DNA from: Lytechinus pictus
Taxonomy: Eukaryota
DNA length: 64,000 nucleotides
Reading direction: 5' to 3'
Assembly (NCBI RefSeq): GCF_037042905.1
Contig: NC_087250.1
Coordinates: 12,030,001 to 12,094,000 of the forward strand
Shown here: piece by piece, positions 27,601 through 40,703 of the stretch
How the letters are laid out: each line of letters starts with the position of its first letter
How positions within the stretch are numbered: position 1 is the first letter of the stretch
Notes under the pieces: model-generated
The model's database searches: none
What the model was told of the DNA's origin: nothing
What the model saw: only the letters and a program-made list of their open reading frames with translations
Position numbers and translations under genes: made by a program

Positions 27601-30600
27601 CAGTGGCGTAACAGGCGGGGGGGCAGGGGGGGCAAGTTGCCCCCCCCCCCCTGGCGGATTTCACCGGGAAAATATAAGAAAAACGGGAAAAAGAAAAAAA
27701 AAAGGAGGGAGAAAGAAAGGGGAAGGAAAGGGGAAAAGGAAAGGAGGAAGAGGGAAAAGAAAACGAAGAAAAAACATTTTTTTAATAGAAAAAAAAGGAA
27801 AGCGGGAAAATATACGAAAGAAGAACATTTGAGAAAGAACAAATCATTCCGATATAGGCTTATGTAATGCAATAGCACGGTTGGAAATGAATGAAAGGAT
27901 GACAAAATGGCAACCAATAGCGGGAAACGAAGGTAAAGAGTAATTAGTCAAAAGCTAAATTGGAAAAGAAAAGGGATAAGGGAAAAATAATAACACGACC
28001 GGGCTGCCGATGATTGAAATCAAAGAGCGGGAAAAAAGATGGACTGCATACAACATTGTGCTATAAGCTTGCTAAATTTTATGCAAATAAGCTACCGAGG
28101 CTTTACCCCAGACCAGCGGCGTAACAGGGGTCGGTGGCCAGGGGGGGGGGGGGCAAGAGCCAAAAATTTCCCGGTCATATCATGGTATGAACAGGCGTAA
28201 TGGTGTAATGAGGTGACTATCTTGAGAAGGACAGATATTGCGTATCGGGCAGAATTAACTTTAAAATAAAAGTTGCGAGCGAGCGAGCAAAAATTTTGAC
28301 CTTTTTTATACAAAAATCCATTTTTGTGATAGATTTTGACATGATATCCACATAATAATATATTTCACTCTTCTCTCTTTAGATTCCCTTTTTTGTGGTG
28401 TGTACGCCACTGTGAACAGGATTCTTTGCGGCAGTAGCGTGAAGAGTTTTAAAAAAAAACGAGGGGCACTGTATAGCACATGTGCTAAAAAGGTGCTTTA
28501 TATAAGTCCCGAGCGAGCGAAGCGAGCGAGAAAAAAAATCACCTTTTCATGAGAATCTAACTTTGAGCCATTTTTTTACATTATATTCAGTAAATAAAAT
28601 CATATTCTACACTTTTGCTTTGCTTATCTTTCCTCCTTTTTTATTTTTGTTCTTGTTTGTAGAACTTTTTGGGGCCATGACTCAACCCTTCCATACGCAG
28701 TGCTGTGCGGTTGGGGTCCGGGGCGGAGCCCCCGGAACTTCTTGATATCAAAGCCATTTAAACCTCGCAGATTGCCGCTATTTTAATCAAATCGCGGGCA
28801 TATACAGAATATAGCTTTTACACAACACATTTATTCAACCCAGATACGTAATGAACCAAATATTTTGAGGAGGCAAAACATAGCAATGTGGGAAAAATTA
28901 GTAAAAAGTTGCCAGCGTGCAAAGCGAGCTGGACAAAAAATGCCTATTGAAATTAAATTCTAATTATGTAATAGATTTTTCCATTATATTCAGCAAATAA
29001 CACATTTCATTGTTTCCATTAATTTCATTATACGTTGTCTCTTATTATTTCTTTTATTTCCTCTTGGGTGTGGAACCAAGACCCCCCCCTCCCCAGCGCC
29101 TGTATGTCAGTGATTGAACGGGGGCGTTATAGAGCCATTTAAAGGTTATAAATGAAGAACCCCGGCGTGGGGTCTTGGGCAAACTTAAGCCCCGGTAGCT
29201 TATGTGCATAAACTTTAGCAAGCTTATAGCACAATGTTGTTTGCAGTCCATCTTTCTTTCCGCTCTTTAATTTCAATCATCGGCAGCCCGGTCGTGTTAT
29301 TATTTTGTTTTTTCTTGTCCCTTATCTTTGTTTTCCAATTAGGCTTTTGACTAATTACATTCTACTTTCGTTTCCCGCTATTATTTGCCATTTTGTCATC
29401 TTTCAAACTATTTCACACCGTGCTATTGCATTACAAAGGCCTATTTCGGAATGATTTGTTCTAATTCTCAAATGTTCTTACGTTCATTTTCCGCTTTCCT
29501 TCCTTTTCCATTAAAAAAAAAGTTTTTTCTTCGTTTTCTTTTCACTTTTCCCTTTCCCTTTCCTTTTCCTCCTTTCCTTTCCCCTTTCCTTCCCCTTTCC
29601 CTTTCTTTTTCCCTCCTTTTTTTTCTTTTTCCCGTTTTTCTTTTATTTTCCCGGTGAAATCCGCCAGGGGGGCAACTTGCCCCCCCCTGCCCCCCCCCCG
29701 CCTGTTACGCCACTGCCCCAGACCCCACGCAGTAGGGGCTCTTCATTTATAACCTTCAAATGGCTCTATAACGCCCCCGTTCAATCACAATCAATCACTG
29801 GCATACAGGCGGGGGGGGGGGGTCTTGGTTCCATACCTAAAAGAAAATAAAAGAAATTGTAGGAGACAACGTATAATGAAATGAATGGAAACAATGAAAT
29901 GCGTTATTTGCTGAATATAATGGAAAAAGCTATCACATAATTAGAATTTAATTCAATTGGCATTTTTTTTCCAGCTCGCTTTGCATGCTGGCGACTTTTT
30001 TTTATACAAATTTTCCCACATTGCTATATTTTGCCCCTTCAAAATATTTGGTTCATTATGAAACTGGGTTGAATAAATGTGTTGTGTAAAAGCTATATTC
30101 TGTATATGACCGCGATTTGATTCAAATAGCGGCAATCTGCAATGTTTAAATGGCTTTGATATCAAGAAGTTCCGGGGGCTCCGCCCGGACCCCAACCGCA
30201 CAGCACTGCGTGTGGAAGGGTTGGGCCATGGCCCCAAAAAGTTCTACAAACAAGAATAAAAAAAAGGAGGAAAGAAAAGCAAAGGAAAAGTGTAGGATAG
30301 GATTTTATTTACTGAATATAATGCCAAGAAATAGCTCAAAGTTAGATTCTCATGAAAAGGTGATTTTTTTCTCGCTCGCTTCGCTCACTCGGGACTTGTA
30401 TAAAGCAGCTTTTCAGCACATGTGCTATACTGCTCCCCTGTTTTTTTCTTTTGTTTAGTCTTCACGCTACTGCCACAAAGAATCCTGTTCACAGTGGCGT
30501 AAAAAACACAAAAAGGAATCTAAAGAGAGAAGAGTGAAATATTTTATTTTCTGGATATCATGTCAAAATCTATCACAAAATTTGATTTTTGTATTAAGAA

Positions 30601-30787
30601 GGTCAAAAATTTTTGCTCGCTCGCAACTGTTTTTAAAGATAAATTCTGCCCGATACGCAATATCTGGCCTTTTCAAAATAGTCGCCTCATTACACCATTA
30701 CGCCTGTTCATACCATGATATGACCGGGAAATTTTTGGCTCTTGCCCCCCCCCCCCCCCCTGGCCACCGACCCCTGTTACGCCGCTG
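27601..30787. mobile_element. Non-autonomous hAT element containing an inverted copy of itself (28114-29715)
   Basis: Termini CAGTGGCGTAACAGG/CCTGTTACGCCGCTG; outer 8-bp TSD GGGTTGAC (27593-27600, 30788-30795); inner 8-bp TSD CCCCAGAC (28106-28113, 29716-29723). Confidence 0.92.
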
Positions 30788-31754
30788 GGGTTGACTTGAC
30801 CTTTAACTTTCGAACAGCTTTATGAAACACCCACCAGAAACGGTGAGCTAGGGAACTAGGGGCCCGCGTCCTACCTCCAAAACGGATCCAAAATTTTCCT
30901 TTGGGGGGGGGGGGGGGCTTTTTTGTACAGCAAAAAAAATGACAAGAAGAACAAAGGGAACAAGTCTAAATTTTTCATATGCATGACATACTTCCCTAAA
31001 AAATTGTTTTTGGTGCCTTTCAAAGGAGGGGGGGGGGGAGGGGGTGATGGGACGGGCCCCTGCCTGGATTCGCCACTGCCAACATCGGTAGCAATGTGGA
31101 AAATCATGGCTGCCCCTTTTTTTCAATTATAGAAAAATGGGAAGAGGAGTGAGAACATCACAAAAAGTAGAGAAAAAATACAAAAGAATTGTCCGTATTA
31201 AAAGGGAAGTTCACCCTGACAAAAAGCTTAATGTAAAAATAGCACCAAAAAAGAGAAGGAAAAAAAAAAATATTGTTGAAGGCATGGGGAAAATAAAAAA
31301 AAGATTAGAATTTTGATTGTGACGTCATGTAGCAGCTTTCATACGTATTAATGGTATAGTTGAAAAAAGTCAATGAAATATCATTTTCTCTGAAAAAAAA
31401 TTGAAAGAAATGTTTTTGTGTGTGTGCATTCATATATCCAGTGTCGTACCGTGGGTCACAGCATTGGGGGCACCAGTAAGATTTTTTAGTCACTTAGTGA
31501 GCGCGTGAAGCGCGCTCAGTTGCGAGGTATACTGACCTGAAAAATAGAGACATTTTACGGATATGTATCTCACTGATCAAATTATGCGAGCGCGAAGCGC
31601 GAGCTGAAAATGTTTGATATCCAGACCTAAAAGGGACATTACAGGCTAAATGTTTGTAGTCATGATACGTACCTGACTCGCTAAACAAACGATACGAGCG
31701 CGAAGCGCGAGTTGAAATTTTTGTATATATTGACCCCAAACAGGGACATTTTAA

Positions 31755-32303
31755 AGGGGAATGAAACCTTTGGAACAAGTGGGCTTGTGTGGAAAGAGAA
31801 AAATCAAGAAAGTTTGAGAAAAATCGGACAAATAAAAAAGTAAAAAGTAATGAGCATTTGAATATTGGAATCACTAATGCAATGGAGATCCTCCTATTGG
31901 CAATGCAACAAAGATGTGTGATGTCACATGTGAACAACTTTCCCTGTGACATGATGTGAGGGACTATAAAATACCCCTAGAATGTCCCTTTTTGCTCTTT
32001 CTTATAGTAATACAAACTCTTCTGAATTCTGAATTACATGCCCTATTATAGAAAGAAGACATGATCTACTGGAAGATGTGATAAAAGAGGCAGTTAAAGT
32101 GAATATAGAAAAGCAATTTGTTCACAAGTGACATCACACATTTTTGTTGCATTGCCAACTGGAGGATCTACGTTATGATAATGAACTAAACTTCAAATGC
32201 TCATAACTTCCTTATTATTTATTGAATTTTTCTCAAACTTTTTTGATCTGTTTCTTTTTGTGTTTTAACACAAGCTATCTTGTTTCAAAGGTTTCATTTT
32301 CCT
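31755..32303. mobile_element. Kolobok-like MITE (same family as 8019-8607)
   Basis: TTAA|AGGGGAATGAAACCTTTG...CAAAGGTTTCATTTTCCT|TTAA. Confidence 0.85.
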
Positions 32304-32332
32304 TTAAGGACTATATGTTAGGAATCCATTAA

Positions 32333-33241
32333 AGGGATGGTCCAGGCTGGGGATATTTATATCTCAATACATAGAGTAAAATTTACAAAGCAAAATGCAA
32401 AAAATTTGATCAAAATCGGATAACAAAATAATAACAAAGTTATTTGATTTTAAAGATTTGCATTATTCCGGTGAAACAGTTCTCGGCACGTCTTTATGAA
32501 TATTGATTAGGTGGGTTGATGATGTAATTTCCCCACTTGTTCTTTTGTATTTTATTACATGAAATTAGGTTTATTCATATTTTGTTCTACCAAGAACTAA
32601 AACAATTGGATTGACAACTGATTAAGTGCATTAGTTATTTACTGCCACAACTTATCTCATCATAATGGAGACACATCATTAACACGTGTATGAAAATATG
32701 AAACATTTATAATTTAATCTAATAACATGAGAAAAGGAAAGTGGGGATGTGACATCATCAACCCACCTAATGAATATTCATGGCGATGTGCATATAACTG
32801 TTTTCACACAATATTGATGAACTTTAATAACTTCGTTATTTCTTATCCGATTTTGATGAAATTTTCAGCATTTTGCTATGTGAAATTTATTATTTATTTA
32901 TTTATTTATTTATTTTGTTTTATTTATTTTATACTGCAGGGTAGGCCTGTTCAGTTCTTAAAACTGCTTTACAAAGGCGCCCTGCAGTTTAAAATACATG
33001 TCAAGATAAATATGAACAACAACAACAAACAACATCAAAAATACAAAATATCTAACATCAGAAACAATTAACACCAAAATATAGAGTGGGAAGTGACAAT
33101 TTAAACATACATAGCATTGTAAATCAATGGAATATCATTTCGCTCTTTATCAATTCGTATGAAAGGCTTTGCATAATTTTTTTTAAAACTAACAAGGAGG
33201 TACAAACTTGGATATAAATATTTTCAGCCCGGACCATCTCT
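32333..33241. mobile_element. Kolobok-like MITE
   Basis: TTAA|AGGGATGGTCCAGGCTG...CAGCCCGGACCATCTCT|TTAA. Confidence 0.8.
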
Positions 33242-34739
33242 TTAAGAGTACACATGTAGTCATCTAATGCTATAGTGCCAAGCGCGTGGTGAATTTGTTA
33301 GGATTACTTTTAAACACATGAAGCACCTGTGTTCATTGTAATCATGATTAGCATACTCAGTAAAAACGCTGTTTAAGATTTTATACAACGCTGTTTACTA
33401 TATGAGCCTTACAGTATTTGTTTAACCGTTTAAACAATCATGTTTAATTTATTGACAATTAGATATTGAAAATTAAACCTTTGTTGCCTTAAGATTTAAA
33501 CAGTTGTTTAAACTGTTTAAACAATTGCTGTAAGGTTCATATAGTAAACAGCGTTGTATAATTTTTTTTTTACTGTGTACGCATCTCACTAATCAAATAT
33601 TGCGAGCGCGAAGAGCGAGCTGAAAACTTAGAAATGCACACCTGAAGAGGGGCATTCTAAGGCTTGTTTGACCATACTTTTTCACTAACCATTTGATCGA
33701 GCACGAGTTGAAAAATGTTGATATTCAGGTCAGAAAAGGGGGCATTTTTAAAGACTGATTTTAGGAATTCATGAAGAGCAGACATAGCTCACCAACCCAA
33801 CCCACTGATGCAAACGTAAGCACGGACAAGAAATGTCTTATATTCATACCTTAAAATGGGGTAATCACTTTAAGGAGTCATAGAGGCTACATAAAACAAT
33901 AATAACTCGAAGTACGAGGAAATGTATTTACTGTGTATTGACGTGAAAACGGGAGGTTTTAGTACAAAAGGATTATATATCCCGTTAAACAGACAATGCG
34001 AGCACCAGTTACAATGAATACATAGGCCCTGAGCACTGATTATATGTTTCACAAAGTTATGAAAAAAATATGTAATAACATAACATGATTATAATACTAT
34101 GAACAATAATTTATTCTTTCCCACTACGTTTCTCTTCCTTTCCCCTTTCATGCCCTTTTCTCCTTTTTCCCGTTTTTTGCCAGCCCAATGGGAAGGGGGG
34201 GGGGGCAAGTACAATATTGTAATAAGTCCATAATTTGACTGAGGAACCCCTAATAATAACCCCCTATAAATCCTGGCTCCTTCCCGCATACCTGTCCGTA
34301 TTTTCGGGGGGGGGGGGAGGGAGAGGTTAACAACAACAACAACAACAACAAACGTTTTGCCTGAAATGCCCCACGGAAATTTCCGTGGAATGCCCCCCCC
34401 CCCCCCCCCCCCCCCCATGTAACACCCACATCTAGGGACGTCGCGTGGAATATCGAATGCACGTGGATGTCACAGGTACCTTGTAAACAATTTCCAGACT
34501 GTATCAGCTTTCTGAAGATAATATTTCGGAGAAACATAGAACATAGATGCATAGATGAAAATATAACTTTTATAAATGTGTATGATTATACAAAATTTTA
34601 TTTATTTATCAAGTTTGTTCTTTATATTTAGGATGAATTTATAATTATAAACAAATAAAATCGTTTTTTATCAATATAAAGACTCAATAGAGACTATCGT
34701 CCTCATTTTTTTGCAAGAAGCAATGGTACGATGTAGAAA

Positions 34740-34866
34740 TTGACCAATCATGGGCCGTTGAATGTGTACGTCGGCTGCTGCTGCCAAATTGAGACGTTTT
34801 ACCGGTGCTTTGTCTGCGAAAACATCTGTAAAATCGTCAATATTCAAGACAAACAGTGTTGTAAGT
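34740..34866 (+). promoter_or_regulatory. Candidate FDPS promoter and non-coding first exon
   Basis: GACCAATCA (NF-Y box) at ~34742 in a CpG-rich patch, then a GTAAGT donor at 34861. The FDPS ATG exon has an acceptor, so an upstream exon is expected. Confidence 0.4.
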
Positions 34867-37154
34867 ATGCAAATTTCTATTATTGTCTTATTTTGTGATG
34901 TATTTTTGTATTCAGAATATAGGATATGTGGGAATCTATCCATATGATGATTGGAAAGGTGAAATTGGCTGGGCAGGTTTTTGGTGGTGGTGTGTCGCGG
35001 AGTGTATTTTCTTGGGACGGCTTCGCATGATGAGGCGCAGCCGCTACGGCTGGCACGAGCTGTGTGTTCCGGCGCGGTGTTATTTGGCAACAGTGACTGA
35101 CACGCCGGTGCAGTGTATTTCAAACAATAAAAAACAAAAGAAATAGTGAGTGAGGGACATCATCGATTCTCTCATCTGCATGTGACTAAATTGTGCATAT
35201 TACTATTTTGTGAAAAATAAGCAAAACTTCAAAATGTCATAATTTTTTTCTATGTTTTACATATTACTAATATGTAAAACATAGAAAAAAATTATATAAT
35301 ATTATTAGTATTAGCCTACATCCAATTTTGATCAAATTTTCAAATCATTTCACTTTCACCTGTTCACTTTGCAGCATTATGCTTGTTGTGGCATTGTCTG
35401 CTTTGTCTCTGTTGATTCAAATCAACATTTTTCTGAGGTGGACTTGACCTTTAAAACATAAACATATGGCCATTGAGTCCTTGTAGTACAGATTGAGCTA
35501 GAACTTTGGTCTCTGTATTTGGTGAGTGGCAGTGTACGTTGGCAAATGGGAAAGATAGTAAAATGTTAGACAGCTGGCAGCCTTCTGTTTCAAGCAGTTT
35601 TTAAACATTTTTATATGTGGAGCCAAAGGAGTTCAGCGGAACAGCCAACATAACAGAGATCGAAGCTTTTGGTCTAGTAAAATGTCAGAAATTCTTGTCA
35701 GTCCACCCCAGAAAAAAATGTTTGTTTGAATTAAAGTCAAAGAGAAAAAAAAATCAAACAAGAACAGCCACAGGGGCCTGTTAACTTAACTGTTGGTGTT
35801 GCAGAAAGAGTTGCGTTTAAATGCAAGTCAAAATATCAAGCGCAAGTCCCAAATACGGTTGCTTCATTGGCTGAAAATCAATGCAACTCTATCTGCAACG
35901 GGCCCCAGATCTACATCATAGGTTAGGCCTATGCTAGACAGCTGGCAGCCGTCTGTTTCGTGGAGTTTTTTTTTTTTTTTTTTTTCTCCTTGTACACATA
36001 CGGCTGTTAGGTCATTAGGGGATTAACAATGCAAAATCCCCCCGACGGGGCTTATCGATTTTTGTCTTTATTTCATAAAAATATATAAAAAGAACTGGAC
36101 CAAAATAAAGATTATTATTTGGCCTGAAATGCACCAAAATGGGGAAAAAATCATTTAGAAGGACAAAGACAGTGACTTACTTGGCTGTGGCGTAACTCTT
36201 ACTTCCCTGGTTTATCCGAACTTAGTACACATGGCCATTGAGTCCCTGTACAGATCGAGTTAGAACTTCGGTAGATTGGTCAGTGGAGCCAACGGAGTTC
36301 AGCAGAAAAACCAATTTAACAGATACCAAAGCTTTTGGTCTAGGCCTATGCATGCTATATATGCACAACTCAGTGACATGCAAATGAGAGGGTCAATGAT
36401 GTCCCTCACAACTTTTTTTTTATTGTTTAAATCAGGGGAGATCCAGGAATCAGGATTTTCCAAAAGGGGGGCACATTTTATGAAAAGGCCAAGAAAAATT
36501 TGTCACGCAAAAAAAAAAGGTTTTCAACCCCCTTAAGGACATTTCATCTACGTAAAAATTTGACAACCAAAAGAAATAACATTAATTGTGCCTTTCAAAG
36601 GGGGGGGGGGGGGCATGGGCCAGCTGTGCCCCCCCTTTTTTTTATACATATTTGGCAACAATAACCAACTTGACTGAACCACATACTGTTATTAGAGAAT
36701 ATTACATTGTAATCCACATGTTCAGGGAGGAATAAATCTTTTCTTTACATGACAATAAGGAAGGAATTGAAGTATTTCATATTTCATAATTCATATACGG
36801 TAGATCTAGACCTGAAATACAAAATAAATAGTGAGTCTGTGACGTCATCAGTCCCTTCATTTGCATACTGACCAGGATGTGCTTTTAACTGTTTAGTGAA
36901 ATGAAGCAAATCTTTAAAACGTCATAACTTTCTTATTTTGCGTCCGGTTTTGATGAAATTTTCAATGCTATGCTTTTTAATGTTTTTTTCCTTTTATTCA
37001 AGCCAACTTTTTGTTGTGGTGGAATAAATTTAATCCCCAGAAATGAAGGTTAGTCTATTCCTGTCTACACATAGTAGATCTCACGTTAGACCTTCAAGTC
37101 TACTCCAATTTTTTTTTGCTGACTGCGTATTTGCGTATGCGTGCGCAGCTATTG

Positions 37155-37560
37155 TCAATTTGGTAAATTGCCAATTGGTCCACTGCCAACTCGTCCACTC
37201 ACCACATGGTCTACCGCCATTTAGTCTAATGCCATTCCGTCCATCAACATTTCGTCTAACAACCATTTGGTCCAATCATCACTTCGTCAAATCACCATTT
37301 CGTCTATTACCATTTCGTCTAATAACCAGTTGGTCTAACAGCCATTTTCTTTTCATTCATTTTGCACAATAAACACTTTAAACAGTTTAATTAGACCAAA
37401 TGGTATATGGACTAAATGGCTATTGGACCAACTGGTTATTAGACATAATGGCATTAGACTAAATGAAAGTAGACCATGTGGTGAGTAGACGACCTGATGA
37501 TAGACCAAATGATAGTAAACGAGTTGGCAATTGGACGAATTGGCATTAGACGCATTGGAA
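37155..37560. repeat. Foldback element of ~16-bp subrepeats (CCATTTGGTCTA / TAGACCAAATGG)
   Basis: The left half has CCATTT(G/C)GTCTA units and the right half their reverse complements; second copy at 44610-45020. Confidence 0.8.
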
Positions 37561-38438
37561 ATAAACCGTCAATTTTATACTTTGTTACAGTACGTGTTCT
37601 GAATTGATGGGATTTGCGCATTTTATCAAACTTTGTATGGCATCGCCTTGAAAATCCCTTCATATCTCAAAAAATTAATCAAATTGCTGTCTACGTTAAA
37701 AATGTACTTATAAATGTAGATCTTGATCTATAGAGACTAGAGTAAGACTTTTTTTTTTTTCTGAAAAAAATCTTTAAAAAAAGAAGAAAAATTGATTTTT
37801 TGACAAAAATTGACCGATACGGCGGTTTGGATGAAAGCCAACGATATATATCTAGTGTCAGGCACTACTACTCCTGTTCCTGTGACATGTCAGAATTTTT
37901 TTGTTCTGGGATCTGCCGATGTTGCGCCGGTCAGAATCCGATATCCCGATAAATGAATTCACGAACAGGGGAAGTCAAGTCAATCTTGACGGTCATATGC
38001 CATAATAATCAATATAATGATTGTGGGCATTAACGGAAAAACAAAACAAGTACAAAGAAGTCACAGATTATGCAATATTGATTTCATTTTTAAACAAATA
38101 TTTAAAAAAAAAGATGATAAAAAAATTTGACGAGAAGACAGAAAAAACTTGCCGATGTTTACGTGGCCATCTTCTCTAAGTTAGTAGCTAAGCTTCGAGA
38201 CGCATATAGATTTTGCCGCCCTCTATATGCATCTCGTAGTTTCTCTACAAGAGAACAAGATGGCCATGTAAACATCTGCAAGTTTTTTTCCCGTCTTCTC
38301 GTCAATATTTTTCTTGGTGGTCACCTGAAATATAGCAAAGGAACCTGGTTTATAATTGGTAAGAATGAATAAAACATACTCAATAATTAGGCCTATATTA
38401 AGATATTCAGACAAAGAAAATGTTAAACTATTTGTTAA

Positions 38439-39432
38439 GGTGACAGGTGCCCTAATTTTTTTTTTTTTTAATGATTTTATTTTTTTGGTCTCCTTTGCTA
38501 GTTTCATGTGTGTACTTCATCATGCAACTTGTTTTATCTCAATATTCTACCTCTTTTTTTAATAAGAGGGGGGTTAAAACATATTTTCATAAAATTCTCA
38601 AACCGGAAGTAGTATTTTACACACCGGAAGTGATTAAATCTGTCCCCAAAACCTTTGATACTGCCTTAAAAAAAATCAGAAAATCCCCAGATTTTTTTTG
38701 GCTGAAGCCCCAGATATTCCATGTAGCAAAGTGGACTACCACCCTCTGTTGGCCAAATAGGGAGAGCTACTGTATTGCACAATATGGCAGCGACTACAAG
38801 TTACATACACTATGTGACAGACATGGCGCGTTACAAATGTCCGTTATTATTAGTATTATAGCCCTTTCTTTATCGTGATATTATACAAAATTGAGGGTTT
38901 TTTAATGAAAAATGTAATAACTCGAGTTCTAATCATTGGATTTGCATAAAATTTTGTAGAATTGTGTATCTTGAAGAGTACAACAAAATAATGATAGTTT
39001 TTGTGCATGGTACCCCCACAGGTGGAGTTGTGTATAAAAGTCCTTTCTGAATTTCTCATTATCTGACTGCTTGTTTAATCCATAATTTTTACAATTCTAC
39101 TCTGAATATTTCTTAAAGCCATCATAAATTCATCACAAAGAAGTCAGAGAATTAAATTAATCCATCAAAACTTAAATTACACTCTATGTTGTGAAGTTAT
39201 AACCATAGAAAGTTCATATAGAGAAAAATCATGATTTTTAAAGTCATGACTTTGAATGACCATATTTTGCTTATGCATAAAGCTAATATGCCACAGTGCA
39301 AATTTTTGTGTAGATCAGCTCATAAGCTTTCCAAAAATATATAGTTTGTTGGGGTACAGGTACTTAGTAAGAATCCTATGCTTGATTATATACCCGTAGT
39401 CGTTTCCGCACGGTAATAGGGCACCTGTCACC
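38439..39432. mobile_element. Kolobok-like non-autonomous element
   Basis: TTAA|GGTGACAGGTGCCCTA...TAGGGCACCTGTCACC|TTAA. Confidence 0.88.
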
Positions 39433-40458
39433 TTAAGTATTACATTGTTTTATTGGCATACCGAACGGGAAAAAACGAAACCGGAATCCGCATTCCGCAC
39501 ACATCGGACAAATTCCGGTATTCCATCCATTCCGACCCAGGATTCTATCTAGTAGGGCTATTTTTACTTCATCAATTAGATAAAAATAGAATTAATTTAT
39601 AGTGATAGTTGATAATAGCTGATCATAAGTAGTACTTGTACTTGTCTGGTTAGAGATTAACAACTAAATATAACATTCATTCACAGTGAGTAAATAGGAG
39701 TAATTGATAAGTGGTGAACCGCACCATTGAATTGAAGTTAATTATAGATCAAGTTTAGTGTGTTGACTATCTAGGATTTAATCTTTACAATGTAAACAAA
39801 GTGTATCTGTAGGATACTGCATGACTTCATGTAAGACATTGATAATAATCATTATTAAGTCTTGAAATAGAAGTATGTAATGATTAGTGCAGATTTAATA
39901 GGAATCTTTATTTATAAACCATGTTTCATTCATGAGTCTTCATCTGTGAATTAATAAAAACTGAACTTTGCTTGTGAATTGTTTAATGACATTGATTTTC
40001 TGATAACAAATATTGGTTTTAAAGGACAAGTCCATCCCAGCAACTACAAAATTTATTTGAATAAAATGAGAAAAATCAAACAAACATTACACTGAAAATT
40101 TCATCAAAATTGGATGTAAAATAAGAAAGTTATGACATTTTAAAGTTTCACTTAATATCGTAAGTAACGGTCTATTAACCGCACCATTTCCTCGGTGGGA
40201 TAGAAGCAAAAGTCAGGAGTGCGGTTTATCCACGGTAAAAGGACTGAGCCAGCATTGGCCTAAAAAAAAAAGCCAAGTCCATTTCCCCAGGCTGAACGAA
40301 GGTTACCAGTATTTGTTTTTAAGTTTCCCCACACGAAAGAGTTTCCCAAACATGAGATCCCACTATTTACTTTTATCATCTTATTTTTTTTTCAAACAGG
40401 AGTGCAACTTACAGTTACACGCAAGAAGGACATTGGACTTTAATCGGGCAGAACTGCC

Positions 40459-40703
40459 ATGCAACATAGGGTACCCATCATCAGCCAGAGATTGCTCCGT
40501 GCCAGCATCCCATACTACTTCACCCAGGTCAGAGGTCACACCGAGGTCACACAAGCTCACCGACCGTGCTTGTTGAGTAGCCGAGGTTCACATTCTTGGA
40601 GGGCGTCCGACTTGTTTCTGACAAAGACTTGTTCCCGCTCTGCACCTGGTTTGGGCTGGACCCCTGTCTCTACTTTCAAGGAAGAAGCCACAGAGCAGCC
40701 CTG
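40459..40703 (+). CDS. FDPS: FDPS coding exon 1 (N-terminal extension, [16 protein letters not shown]...)
   Basis: Acceptor tttttcaaacAG ends at 40399, followed by gccATG at 40459. The donor TG|gtaagg (phase 2) joins the next exon in frame (W-YSSDM). Confidence 0.75.

Noticed and set aside
27547..29657. Lys/Arg-rich and Phe-rich ORFs
   Set aside because: Low-complexity purine or pyrimidine tracts inside the hAT element.
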